32,000 bases of DNA from a virus (IMGVR_UViG_3300046542_000616), one strand, 5' to 3'; positions 15,170-22,971 are shown, counted from the stretch's first letter. Notes: generated by a model not told the origin, from the sequence alone. Made by a program: numbers and translations.

Positions 15170-15427
15170 TCAAGACCGGACGTATCCGCATCCGTTGTAG
15201 TTCGGGTATACGAATTTGACCTGGTGCTTAACCAGTCGGGACGCCTTGTCCGTCGCCTGATCCAGGGCCTTTGCCCCGCCTTCGGCGTTGGCCACTTCCA
15301 GGTTCAAGAGCTGAAAGACATGCACCTCGACTTTTTTGTTGTCCTTGGCCGCACCTAGGAAGGTAAAGCCCGCTTCAGCAAGGCGTCTGTCTTCTTCAAC
15401 GCTGTAGGAAAAGATCAGGTTCATCAT
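15170..15427 (-). CDS. hypothetical protein (85 aa)
   Basis: AGGAG RBS before ATGATG. Last gene before the terminator. Confidence 0.7.
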   Translation of the reverse strand: MMNLIFSYSVEEDRRLAEAGFTFLGAAKDNKKVEVHVFQLLNLEVANAEGGAKALDQATDKASRLVKHQVKFVYPNYNGCGYVRS

Positions 15428-15438
15428 GAACTCCTGGG

Positions 15439-15894
15439 TTAAGCCGAAGGGGGCAGGGAGCCAACACGGTCACCGCTCACCATGTTGTAGGCATACGCCT
15501 CGGTCACAACCGCCGAGTAGGGCTGAAACTTCACATGGAAGGTGTAGCGGCTGCCGTCACCGTAGACCATGCGGCTAAAATCCAGGGGATCGGAGGTGTC
15601 CCAACCATCGGCCTCGTCCACGATGACGTCAAAGTCATAGCATTCAAAGGCCGCTGTCGCGTTTGCTTCACGCTGGGCGCGCAACTCATTGGCGTCGGGC
15701 TCGGCGTCCAGCCATACGGGCTTCCACCAGTAGCAATTGACCATGACCTTTTTCAGGCGACTGTTAGGCTTATTGGACGCGTCCGCAGGCCAGGTGACCT
15801 CTTGGCCCGAAGGCAGGGTGCCCTTGATCGAGCGATCCTTTTGCTTGATCAGAACGATGGGCAGGTAATCGAATGACTTGGCCTGGCCGCTCAT
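15439..15894 (-). CDS. hypothetical protein (151 aa)
   Basis: The ATG at 15894 overlaps the upstream stop (ATGA). The track extension to 15993 would run through the upstream gene. Confidence 0.7.
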   Translation of the reverse strand: MSGQAKSFDYLPIVLIKQKDRSIKGTLPSGQEVTWPADASNKPNSRLKKVMVNCYWWKPVWLDAEPDANELRAQREANATAAFECYDFDVIVDEADGWDTSDPLDFSRMVYGDGSRYTFHVKFQPYSAVVTEAYAYNMVSGDRVGSLPPSA

Positions 15895-16088
15895 GCTGAT
15901 TTCAACTCGTTGATGATGACCGAAGGCATCCGGGTGGATGGATCGATGCCGGTAGGGCAGATCGAGCCGGTGCCGCACTGACCTCCACCACACACCTGGC
16001 TGCAGTAGTTGGTGATGCCATCGCGATGAAGATGGCCACCGACCACCTTCAGGATTTGCAGGGCGTCATGCCAGTTTTTCGCTACCAT
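15891..16088 (-). CDS. Cys-rich mini-protein (65 aa)
   Basis: GGGAGA lies 5 nt upstream of the ATG at 16088. CSQVCGGGQCGTGSIC cluster. First gene after class-2 promoter B. Confidence 0.55.
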   Translation of the reverse strand: MVAKNWHDALQILKVVGGHLHRDGITNYCSQVCGGGQCGTGSICPTGIDPSTRMPSVIINELKSA

Positions 16089-16126
16089 CACTGTCTCCCA
16101 TGCAGGTTCATCCTGCTTATGGGTCT

Positions 16127-16155
16127 ATTGTAAGTCAGTTAAACTGACCTGACAA
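16127..16155 (-). promoter_or_regulatory. class-2 operator/promoter B
   Basis: On the minus strand: TTGTCA-N17-TACAAT. The spacer holds AGGTCAG-N5-CTGACTT. Confidence 0.8.
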
Positions 16156-16194
16156 TATATAACTAATGATAATTTGCGAAAAACTGCACAATTG

Positions 16195-16737
16195 TTAGAT
16201 GTGTTGCAGGTAGTCGGCCAGTTCTGCTAAAGCGTCTTCCGAAAGAGTGCCGTTTGGCACAAATGCCCACACACCAACACGATCCTTGTAGATCTGCGAC
16301 GGGCATGGAATGCAGAACTCAACCGATGGGAAGCAGTGGGCATGCATCTTCATCGACACCAAGAGGTCGTGCATCAGATCTTCCCGACTTGGAGGTTTCC
16401 AGCCCGATGGTGGTGGAAGCCCGTCAGACTCAATGCACTCGCGTTCAACCTCGAACAGCAGGCCAAACACACCGTCCTTACGAGAGATGAAGGTGATTTC
16501 GTCAATCATCTGATCACGGAGTGCTTCAAGTACGGCTGGCTGGCTGAGAAGCTCATGCAGCGGCTTAGTTTCAAGTGCGTAGTAGTTGATCTCACCGCAA
16601 CTGTCAGTCAGATCCTGGCTGATCGACCACTGCACTGCATCTCCATTGAGGTTGGTGACGTTAATCAGTGTGTCCGGCACGCCGGGCACAAAATCAGCAG
16701 GATCGTAGTGTTCAAAATCAGTTTTCGAGAGGGTCAT
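16195..16737 (-). CDS. hypothetical acidic protein (180 aa)
   Basis: ATG at 16737 (MTLSKTDFEHYD...) with GGAG upstream. Confidence 0.7.
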   Translation of the reverse strand: MTLSKTDFEHYDPADFVPGVPDTLINVTNLNGDAVQWSISQDLTDSCGEINYYALETKPLHELLSQPAVLEALRDQMIDEITFISRKDGVFGLLFEVERECIESDGLPPPSGWKPPSREDLMHDLLVSMKMHAHCFPSVEFCIPCPSQIYKDRVGVWAFVPNGTLSEDALAELADYLQHI

Positions 16738-16822
16738 GGGGCTGGCTCCGAGCGGGGGTATGGCGACAGGCGCTCTGGTCTGTCGCATAGCATGGGTTCA
16801 GGACTTAGGTGGGTACGAACTG

Positions 16823-17188
16823 TCAGCCTAGGTCAAACGGTGCCAGTGCCAGCTTAAGAGCCGTCACGTCGCCGCCGTCGACCTCCAGGTTCATCATAGA
16901 ATTGGCCTGGTGATGGTCAAACAGCAGCTCGGCCAGGGGCTTGGCAGCGGCGACCAGCGTGGCAACATCCGCAACGCTGTGGCGAACTTGCGGGCCACCG
17001 GATTCATAAGCGGGTTCTTCGATATCATCCTCAAGGATGGCGATCATCAACCAGAATCCTTGGCCCTTGCGCGCCGCTGTCAGGTCACTGATGGCAGTTG
17101 CTTCAGTAAGGATTTCGTAGGAGGGCCGACCAGCCCAGTTGTTACCACGATCATCCTGAACTTGATACCCGACGATCTTCGCACTCAT
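16823..17188 (-). CDS. hypothetical acidic protein (121 aa)
   Basis: AGGAGG lies upstream of the ATG at 17188 (MSAKIVGYQ...). The track extension to 17326 crosses promoter C. Confidence 0.7.
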   Translation of the reverse strand: MSAKIVGYQVQDDRGNNWAGRPSYEILTEATAISDLTAARKGQGFWLMIAILEDDIEEPAYESGGPQVRHSVADVATLVAAAKPLAELLFDHHQANSMMNLEVDGGDVTALKLALAPFDLG

Positions 17189-17216
17189 GCTGCAATTCCT
17201 CCTGATTGATAGGGTA

Positions 17217-17245
17217 TATTGTAGGTCAGTTGAGCTGACCTGACA
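17217..17245 (-). promoter_or_regulatory. class-2 operator/promoter C
   Basis: On the minus strand: TTGTCA-N17-TACAAT. The spacer holds AGGTCAG-N5-CTGACCT, and the extended palindrome is TATATTGT..ACAATATA. Confidence 0.8.
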
Positions 17246-17387
17246 ATATAGGCGTATCGACAATTTACAGAAAAGTGCAAAAGCAATGGGAGGGAGAGCA
17301 GGTCTTGGAAGGGGGAGAGTCGACACCTTTAGGCGAAGCCTGGCCAGCTTTTAAAGGCTGACTGGTCAGGCTCACCCGGAGGAAGGT

Positions 17388-17654
17388 TTACAGGGTCTTT
17401 TCGATCTCAAGCATTTCTTTGAGGAAAGAATCCTCATCAATGTCGAACTCGTACAGATCTTCTGCAGCCTTCATCATGCGAGACAATTTTTCGGCTTGTA
17501 CCTGGATCAGTGTCAATGCATCAATCACGGGCTCCGAAAAGTTATGAGCTTGGCCCTGACTGTTGGGCACGGCATTGTTTGCAATGTCGCGCTGCAGGTC
17601 TTCGGCAAAGGCACTTGCCCGACTGTGCACGTAATCAAAATGTCCGCCACTCAT
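17388..17654 (-). CDS. hypothetical protein (88 aa, MSGGHFDY...)
   Basis: The ATG at 17654 overlaps the upstream stop (ATGA). Confidence 0.65.
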   Translation of the reverse strand: MSGGHFDYVHSRASAFAEDLQRDIANNAVPNSQGQAHNFSEPVIDALTLIQVQAEKLSRMMKAAEDLYEFDIDEDSFLKEMLEIEKTL

Positions 17655-17884
17655 GCCAGGATCTCCGCTTGTCGAAGGCATTCCGTCTTGAACGCTTTCA
17701 GGTCTTCAATCACGGAGTCAACGTCAGCAGTCAGTGCCGAGAGCGAAAATCCGTTGTTCATCGCGCTGGCCCAGTTGCAGATCAGCTCATTGATCGCGGC
17801 CATCGACGAATACTCAGGCAGGGAGGCTGGGCCACCGGGCATGATCGATGCAGCGAGGGTGCGAAGACGGGATTCATGCGACAT
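17651..17884 (-). CDS. hypothetical protein (77 aa)
   Basis: AGGAG lies 8 nt upstream of the ATG at 17884. Confidence 0.6.
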   Translation of the reverse strand: MSHESRLRTLAASIMPGGPASLPEYSSMAAINELICNWASAMNNGFSLSALTADVDSVIEDLKAFKTECLRQAEILA

Positions 17885-17889
17885 GGGTG

Positions 17890-18441
17890 TTACTCCTTGA
17901 TCACCAGCTTGCCAGACAGGATTGCATTGCGAATCGCATTGAACTCAGGGCAGTACTGCTGGCTTTCGATAAACACCTGCAGGCCATCCGGGTAGTTTTT
18001 CCGGCTGTGGCCAATGAACTCGTCCGCCGCCGCTTGGGTGAAGTGGACATTCAGGTAGCGCCAATGCTCGACATAACCCACGATCTGAATGTATTCGAGT
18101 AGGTTGAGGGTGCTGTACTGCAAGTCCTCATCGAGCTGATCGAATCTTAGCTTGAGTGCTTTATGGCTCACCTCATCAAGCAATTCCTTGGTGTGGTCGT
18201 TGGCCACTTCCATGAACGCTGCAATGCTGTGGTAGTACTCATCGTCGAAGTAAATCGCCTTCTTCTCAGCGTACTCCAGTTCAATGTCGTATTGAAAACG
18301 AAGCTCTTTGACGACAAACACCGGCTGAGTGGTGCAGTGCTCGGCGTAGCCGTCGCCCGTGCAATCGTGTTGCAGGCGGGTTTTAAATTCAGCCAGGGTT
18401 TCGGCGGTCAGGGCCGCTCCCGTGATGATCGATTGAGTCAT
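17890..18441 (-). CDS. hypothetical acidic protein (183 aa)
   Basis: ATG at 18441 (MTQSIITGAAL...) with AGGA upstream. The track extension overlaps the upstream gene. Confidence 0.7.
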   Translation of the reverse strand: MTQSIITGAALTAETLAEFKTRLQHDCTGDGYAEHCTTQPVFVVKELRFQYDIELEYAEKKAIYFDDEYYHSIAAFMEVANDHTKELLDEVSHKALKLRFDQLDEDLQYSTLNLLEYIQIVGYVEHWRYLNVHFTQAAADEFIGHSRKNYPDGLQVFIESQQYCPEFNAIRNAILSGKLVIKE

Positions 18442-18493
18442 TGGTAACGTCCTGTAAGGCTCCCTGAGACGGGAGCCTGGATTGAGCCTGGGA

Positions 18494-18982
18494 TTAGCCT
18501 TGGAAATGCTTGAGCGCGCTGTAGCGCACGTCAGTGCTATCGGTCTTGCTGGCATCCGAAGGGTCTTCACGCTCAATCGTAGCGTAGACGTTGCCCATGC
18601 GTGCGGTCAGCTTGGTGATGATCCAGGCAGTGCCGTCATGGCTTACCGGGTCACCGGCACGCAGTGGCGCAGTGTTAGGCGACTGGGCCACCGGCTGGGT
18701 CAGTTGAATATCCAGGTCGTCCGGGCTTTTCAGGCCGTTGGACAGTTCTTGAAGGAAGGTGCCGTGACCCATCTCGTCCAGTTTGATGCACAGATCAAGT
18801 TTGTTGATCACTTCGCTGTTCATGCTGCGGTGATTTGCCTTGGCAATCGCAGCAATCTTCTCACGCATACCGTCAGGGAAGCGCACGACAAACTTATCCG
18901 CACTGCGGGAGTTGTAAGTGTAAGTGGCCTGCTTTTGCGGAAGGACTTGATCGATGATCTGAGCTGCTGTTGGGTTTGTCAC
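18494..18982 (-). CDS. Arc/MetJ-type ribbon-helix-helix regulator with a C-terminal extension
   Basis: FVVRFPDGMREKIAAIAKANHRSMNSEVINKL fits the Arc-domain pattern (R.P..l...i...A..n.RSMNsEi). AGAAGGA lies 8 nt upstream of the GTG at 18982. The alternative ATG at 19003 lacks an RBS. Confidence 0.75.
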   Translation of the reverse strand: MTNPTAAQIIDQVLPQKQATYTYNSRSADKFVVRFPDGMREKIAAIAKANHRSMNSEVINKLDLCIKLDEMGHGTFLQELSNGLKSPDDLDIQLTQPVAQSPNTAPLRAGDPVSHDGTAWIITKLTARMGNVYATIEREDPSDASKTDSTDVRYSALKHFQG

Positions 18983-19076
18983 GGTGAGAATCCTTCTAAG
19001 CATTTAGGCCGCATCGTGGGCCTTAAGTCTGGATTTACTGGGTGATTTGACACCCAGCACAAAAAAAGGGAGTGGC

Positions 19077-19105
19077 TATTTAGTCGATCAGGCTCAAAGA
19101 GTCAA
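19077..19105 (-). promoter_or_regulatory. sigma70-type promoter of the Arc-like operon
   Basis: On the minus strand: TTGACT-N17-TAAATA. The -35 overlaps the stop codon of the upstream gene. Confidence 0.6.
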
Positions 19106-19380
19106 GCACAAAGCTTTTGTGCGCCAAAATGAGCCTGAATCGAATCGCTGACCTGGATCTGAAACGGGCCGCTCCAGTGCTTGATCCAATGAGGCGCATG
19201 CGCCGCGTACTGGAACACATCGGAAGCGTTGGAATTGTCCTTGATCAGCAGGGCATTTTCCTGGCCCATGGACTCAACTTCCGGGGTCACATCAAACGTG
19301 GTTTCGCCTTCAGGGTCGAGGTCGATCAGTTGATTGTTGTCCCAAGCTTGAGGGAAAAAGGTCGCGAATACGGTCATCAT
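19102..19380 (-). CDS. hypothetical acidic protein (92 aa)
   Basis: ATGATG at 19380 with AGGA upstream. The track extension to 19449 runs through the class-1 operator. Confidence 0.65.
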   Translation of the reverse strand: MMTVFATFFPQAWDNNQLIDLDPEGETTFDVTPEVESMGQENALLIKDNSNASDVFQYAAHAPHWIKHWSGPFQIQVSDSIQAHFGAQKLCA

Positions 19381-19404
19381 GAAAGTCCTGGTAAGGCTCT
19401 TATT

Positions 19405-19445
19405 CGGTATGTGTTCAGTATACTGCAAACTACTGAATCGCCCAA
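19405..19445 (-). promoter_or_regulatory. class-1 operator/promoter
   Basis: On the minus strand: TTGGGC-N17-TATACT. Palindrome CGGTAT-N9-ATACTG (19405-19425). Confidence 0.6.
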
Positions 19446-19502
19446 GCAATTTATCGTAAATTGCCAGTAATTACAGCGAATTGGCGCGGACTTTAATCTT
19501 GT

Positions 19503-19519
19503 ATTGACATGGTGTCAAT
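19503..19519. promoter_or_regulatory. palindrome ATTGACA-TGG-TGTCAAT, possibly a second upstream promoter
   Basis: Perfect 7-3-7 inverted repeat. The minus strand reads TTGACA-N17-TAAAGT. Confidence 0.4.
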
Positions 19520-19538
19520 TTGATATTTGCAATTTTGC

Positions 19539-19563
19539 AAAAAAGCCTACCGAGAGGGTAGGC
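19539..19563 (-). terminator. rho-independent terminator
   Basis: On the minus strand: GCCTACC-ctctc-GGTAGGC followed by TTTTTTG. Confidence 0.85.
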
Positions 19564-19577
19564 CGGGAGCTGTGTGC

Positions 19578-19811
19578 TTACCGGGCGGTTTCTTCCCAGT
19601 ACTTGAATGCAGACTTGAACACCGTAATGTCCATGAAAGACTCGCCTTGGTTGCCGATACCGAGGCTCAATCGCCAGTTGGAGTCGGTCTCCAGTACGTC
19701 GACGATTTCATGCGTGTCTTGGATGCCTGGATACAGGCTGCGGTGCTCGGTGGCGTAACGGTAAAGCCTGCCGACCAGCTCGGCGTTTTCTCTGACTTCT
19801 CGAAGTCCCAT
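19578..19811 (-). CDS. hypothetical protein (77 aa)
   Basis: ORF bounded by a promoter at 19855-19883 and a terminator at 19539-19563. AAAAGGTAGG lies upstream of the ATG. Confidence 0.65.
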   Translation of the reverse strand: MGLREVRENAELVGRLYRYATEHRSLYPGIQDTHEIVDVLETDSNWRLSLGIGNQGESFMDITVFKSAFKYWEETAR

Positions 19812-19854
19812 GCTGTTGCCTACCTTTTCTTATTGTTATGGGTTGCACCCTAAA

Positions 19855-19883
19855 TATAATGCATGTATTGCCGAACAGTGCAA
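19855..19883 (-). promoter_or_regulatory. sigma70-type promoter whose -10 is shared with an opposing plus-strand promoter
   Basis: On the minus strand: TTGCAC-N17-ATTATA. On the plus strand: TTGTTA(19833)-N16-TATAAT(19855-19860). Confidence 0.5.
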
Positions 19884-20040
19884 TAGCCATTGGTGGCGGT
19901 GGGCTTCAATGATAAAAAGCCAGGCTGCGCTGTCGGCAGGGCTGGCTCTAGGGCAGGGTAGGCGGGTTGTACTGGCTGCGTGCCTTGCTGCTGGGCAATG
20001 GCCCGAGTCAGAAGCTGGTCGAACGGTGTCTTCATGATAA

Positions 20041-20070
20041 TCAAACTCACGGCGCCCGCAGGCCGGGCGC
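20041..20070 (-). terminator. possible terminator hairpin
   Basis: GCGCCCG-caggc-CGGGCGC, with only a weak T tract on the minus strand. Confidence 0.35.
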
Positions 20071-20087
20071 ACAGGTGAGCCCCTTTC

Positions 20088-20795
20088 TCAGCGGCTCAGG
20101 ATGTTGTCGTAGATCTCGTTGTACTCAAGCTCCGTCAGCTCAACGCCTTCAAGTTCATCAGCCAGCATAAACACGGCATGGCGCACCATGTCACCGAGGG
20201 TGGTATACACCTCGCTGGTCATCAGGTGATTGTCCAGAACGTAGGTGACTACCTTCTTCTGCGCATCCGTCATTCCAGGGAACTGGCGATCAGCGCGTGC
20301 TTTAGCATCCTCTGCATCAGCCAGTTCTTCAGCTATTAATTCAAGCTCGTCGTTGCTCTTGATGTAAGGGAGCAGATTGTCGGCACTGTAGGCTTTGCCA
20401 TCTACCTCCATTGCGGCCAGTGCCTGAACAAGGTTGGCCATGTGCTCATCTTCGACCTGAGCATGGTCAAACCATCCTTCACCGGCCTCCACACCTCGTT
20501 CAAAAGCGAGGCGTTCAGCTACAGAGTCAAATTCGATATCCTTGTAGTCCAGGTTTCTGGATTCTTCCTTGCCGAAAGCAACCTGCGCCACTTTGGAGTC
20601 ATGCGCTACCTGATTGACCGCGCATTCCTCCCAGCCGACCGATTCATCAACGCCATGGCAGAAGGCGTTTGCCTCGGCTTCTGTTGCAAGATCAAACATC
20701 TTGAGGTCTTCGAGGACGTCGATGTGCTTAAGGCCTTCCTCATGGAACAATGGGGCAGAGGTCGACGAAAACACGAACGCGAGCATGATGGTCAT
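20088..20795 (-). CDS. very acidic ORFan (235 aa); its N-terminal domain is paralogous to 22989..23441
   Basis: AGGAG RBS. Shares blocks with the 22989 gene: HGVD(E/D)SVG..EC, AQVAFG.E, AER.A.E.GVEA.EGWF. Confidence 0.75.
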   Translation of the reverse strand: MTIMLAFVFSSTSAPLFHEEGLKHIDVLEDLKMFDLATEAEANAFCHGVDESVGWEECAVNQVAHDSKVAQVAFGKEESRNLDYKDIEFDSVAERLAFERGVEAGEGWFDHAQVEDEHMANLVQALAAMEVDGKAYSADNLLPYIKSNDELELIAEELADAEDAKARADRQFPGMTDAQKKVVTYVLDNHLMTSEVYTTLGDMVRHAVFMLADELEGVELTELEYNEIYDNILSR

Positions 20796-20851
20796 AACGG
20801 ACTCCTAAGAACGGGGCAGGCCCTGCCGTCGTGACAGGGCAGGAGGATCAA

Positions 20852-21364
20852 TCAGAAGGATGTACGTTCGGTAATGCCGACGAGGTGGCCCAGTCGCTCC
20901 AGAACGCCATGGCTGTCGCGTTGGGGCGCATCAAGGTAAGTGCCCACCACAATGCTGAAGTCGTCCAGCACTTTGATGGCGACTTGGGCGTGGAAAATGT
21001 CCAGAGCGCACTCAGCCTTGAGTTCATCGCTCAGGTACGAGGGCACCTGGATTTCGTAGTGGCCGGCAATGTCTTTGTCCAGATCATGCAGGCGAGAGGA
21101 CTCAACACGCTGATCAACGACGACGTACACCGCCGTCATGTCGGAAATATCCGGCTGCTCGATCTCAGCAAACAAAGCCTGGACGCGGCCATAGGCATCA
21201 GGGTCAAGGAATTGCCCCCCTTCTACCAGGCGCATCAGGTCAGGGGAGAGCTTTTCGAGGCGCTTCATGATGTCTGCCAATTCATTGGTCAGAACGGTTT
21301 CGCCTTGAGTCGCGGAGCTGAGGAAAAGAGCAGCATCCAGCGCTTTAAGAACCTTGTTCGTCAT
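20852..21364 (-). CDS. hypothetical acidic protein (170 aa)
   Basis: First gene after the class-1 promoter at 21388-21428. Confidence 0.7.
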   Translation of the reverse strand: MTNKVLKALDAALFLSSATQGETVLTNELADIMKRLEKLSPDLMRLVEGGQFLDPDAYGRVQALFAEIEQPDISDMTAVYVVVDQRVESSRLHDLDKDIAGHYEIQVPSYLSDELKAECALDIFHAQVAIKVLDDFSIVVGTYLDAPQRDSHGVLERLGHLVGITERTSF

Positions 21365-21387
21365 GAAGCGATCCTTCCAGTCTGTTC

Positions 21388-21428
21388 GGGTATGCGTTCA
21401 GTATACTCGTTAATTTACAGTCTGGAAG
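21388..21428 (-). promoter_or_regulatory. class-1 operator/promoter
   Basis: On the minus strand the -10 is TATACT. Palindrome GGGTAT-N9-ATACTC (21388-21408). The -35 is weak (CTTCCA). Confidence 0.55.
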
Positions 21429-21451
21429 GGGAATTTGCAATTTACTGCAAA

Positions 21452-21859
21452 TTATTTGATGTAGCAATTCTTAGTCTGATCAAAGCCGATTGCCTGGAAA
21501 AATGCCTCAAGGGAGTCATGCACCTGTACCGGCACGCTGTCGTAGTAAGCTTCTTCTTCTGTGCATAGCCACTCCTCCTCCGCGATCAAAGCCTCGGCGG
21601 GATGAATCTCGAAATAATGCTCAGGTGGAATGGCGCAAAGGGTATCCCGGTGCGTGTGGCGACTCCGCTCATGCTCCTCGAAAGCCTTGATCGAGGCCTT
21701 TAGTGCTTGAGCATCAGCACCTTCACTGTCAGGCATCTTAATGTGGTGCACCGCTGAAGGCTTTTGTGCGTTGTGCTCGGCGGCGAACAAGTCACTGGGG
21801 CCGGGGGTAATGAGCAGAAAATTTGCCGGGCCAGTGGAAACCGCAAAGTCAGGGGTCAT
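21452..21859 (-). CDS. ORFan, tandem paralog 2 (135 aa; an alternative TTG start at 21880 is possible)
   Basis: Shares H.IKMP, (I/N)AF and the C-terminal AIGFD..KN.Y(I/L)K with the upstream gene. Confidence 0.65.
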   Translation of the reverse strand: MTPDFAVSTGPANFLLITPGPSDLFAAEHNAQKPSAVHHIKMPDSEGADAQALKASIKAFEEHERSRHTHRDTLCAIPPEHYFEIHPAEALIAEEEWLCTEEEAYYDSVPVQVHDSLEAFFQAIGFDQTKNCYIK

Positions 21860-21880
21860 TTGAAAATCCGTTTTAGTCAA

Positions 21881-22297
21881 TTATTTAAGATAGCGATTCT
21901 TTTTGTAATCAAACCCGATAGCCGCGTAGAACGCGTAGGGCGATTCATGGATGGCGGTCGGCAGGTGCGCATGGAGAGGTATGCCCATAGCGCCGAAAAT
22001 TTCTTCCTCACCCAGCAGATCGTCAGGAAAGTACATCCGAAAGTAGCGCGGATTCTTGGCACCATAGCCATGCTTGCGGATGAACTCCGAGCCGCGCACC
22101 TGCTCCCGTTGCCGGAAGGCGTTGATCGTGCCAAGAGATGTGTACCATCCCTTGTCGCTGTGGCCTGGCATCTTGATCAGGTGGACTACCGCCTCGTCAC
22201 CGTCACGGTGCTCAACCACAAACATGTCGTGCTTGCCCGGCTCCAGCAACTGGAAGCCAGCTAGATCGCGAGGTTTCACAGGGGCTGCCTGGCTCAT
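21881..22297 (-). CDS. ORFan, tandem paralog 1 (138 aa)
   Basis: Carries the same motifs as 21452..21859. Confidence 0.7.
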   Translation of the reverse strand: MSQAAPVKPRDLAGFQLLEPGKHDMFVVEHRDGDEAVVHLIKMPGHSDKGWYTSLGTINAFRQREQVRGSEFIRKHGYGAKNPRYFRMYFPDDLLGEEEIFGAMGIPLHAHLPTAIHESPYAFYAAIGFDYKKNRYLK

Positions 22298-22304
22298 GGC
22301 TGGA

Positions 22305-22484
22305 TCATCCGTTAAGGAGTTGCTCTGAGAGGATCATGTCGCAAATGACCTCGCCGTCTTGATCCGACAGTTCCAGACCCAGGGAGCGGGCAAATTGCCT
22401 GACGGTGGCCCCTATGGCGCTCTCGGAGCGGTCTGACTGGGTGCGAAGAATCTGGTCAATCACCAACTGGTGTGTCTGGCTCAC
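22305..22484 (-). CDS. small hypothetical protein (59 aa; an alternative TTG start at 22529 is possible)
   Basis: GGGGA lies 5 nt upstream of the GTG at 22484. The start is uncertain. Confidence 0.4.
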   Translation of the reverse strand: MSQTHQLVIDQILRTQSDRSESAIGATVRQFARSLGLELSDQDGEVICDMILSEQLLNG

Positions 22485-22555
22485 GGAAGTCCCCGGCGTG
22501 AAGTGGAATGCGCCGGGGGAACTTACCAATAAACGTGAAAATGCTGAAGTGGTTT

Positions 22556-22813
22556 TTACAGCGCTGTAACGGGTTGCCCATTCGTCATGCGGCGCTTAAC
22601 GGCATCAAGGATGGGCATGCGCAAGGATGAGAATTTTTCCTCTTTGCGGTCGATGGCTGCGACGTCATGGCCACGCTCGGTTTCCTCGACAGCCCATTCC
22701 AGAATAGATAGCGCATAGCTCATCAGTTCCTTTTTGGTGTCGACGTCACAGCGCACCATCAGGTCTTCAAGCTGCTTGTAGCGTGCATCGGACATGTCGA
22801 GTTGAAAACGCAT
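22556..22813 (-). CDS. putative ribbon-helix-helix DNA-binding protein (85 aa)
   Basis: An N-terminal beta-strand-like MRFQLDMSDARYKQLEDL is followed by helical segments. This is an RHH-like pattern, judged by eye only. Confidence 0.6.
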   Translation of the reverse strand: MRFQLDMSDARYKQLEDLMVRCDVDTKKELMSYALSILEWAVEETERGHDVAAIDRKEEKFSSLRMPILDAVKRRMTNGQPVTAL

Positions 22814-22946
22814 GGAGTCGGTATCCTTTCATGTTGGCTTGAGGGTTTGGCCTAATGCCGCCTCGTTATGGAGTGGAGAATAGACCATTGATACTCCCAT
22901 GTCGAGTATGAGGCACTCTAAATACGGTGGTCTTGGCTGAAGGCAG

Positions 22947-22971
22947 CAAAAAGCCCCTGCGCGAGGGGCTT
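22947..22971 (-). terminator. rho-independent terminator
   Basis: On the minus strand: AAGCCCCT-cgcgc-AGGGGCTT followed by TTTGCTG. Confidence 0.85.

Noticed and set aside
16738-16788. N-terminal extensions of track ORFs across promoters or upstream genes. Examples: 552-623, 10760-10807, 15895-15993, 16738-16788, 17189-17326, 18442-18576, 19381-19449, 27291-27356 and 31686-31847.
   Set aside because: The extensions cover operators, -10 elements or the preceding gene. They use rare start codons without an RBS, whereas internal starts have good Shine-Dalgarno spacing or ATGA coupling.
22305-22813. RHH protein plus a small downstream ORF read as a type II toxin-antitoxin pair.
   Set aside because: The small ORF has an uncertain start and no recognisable toxin motif. 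The unit also continues into two further genes, so the evidence is insufficient.
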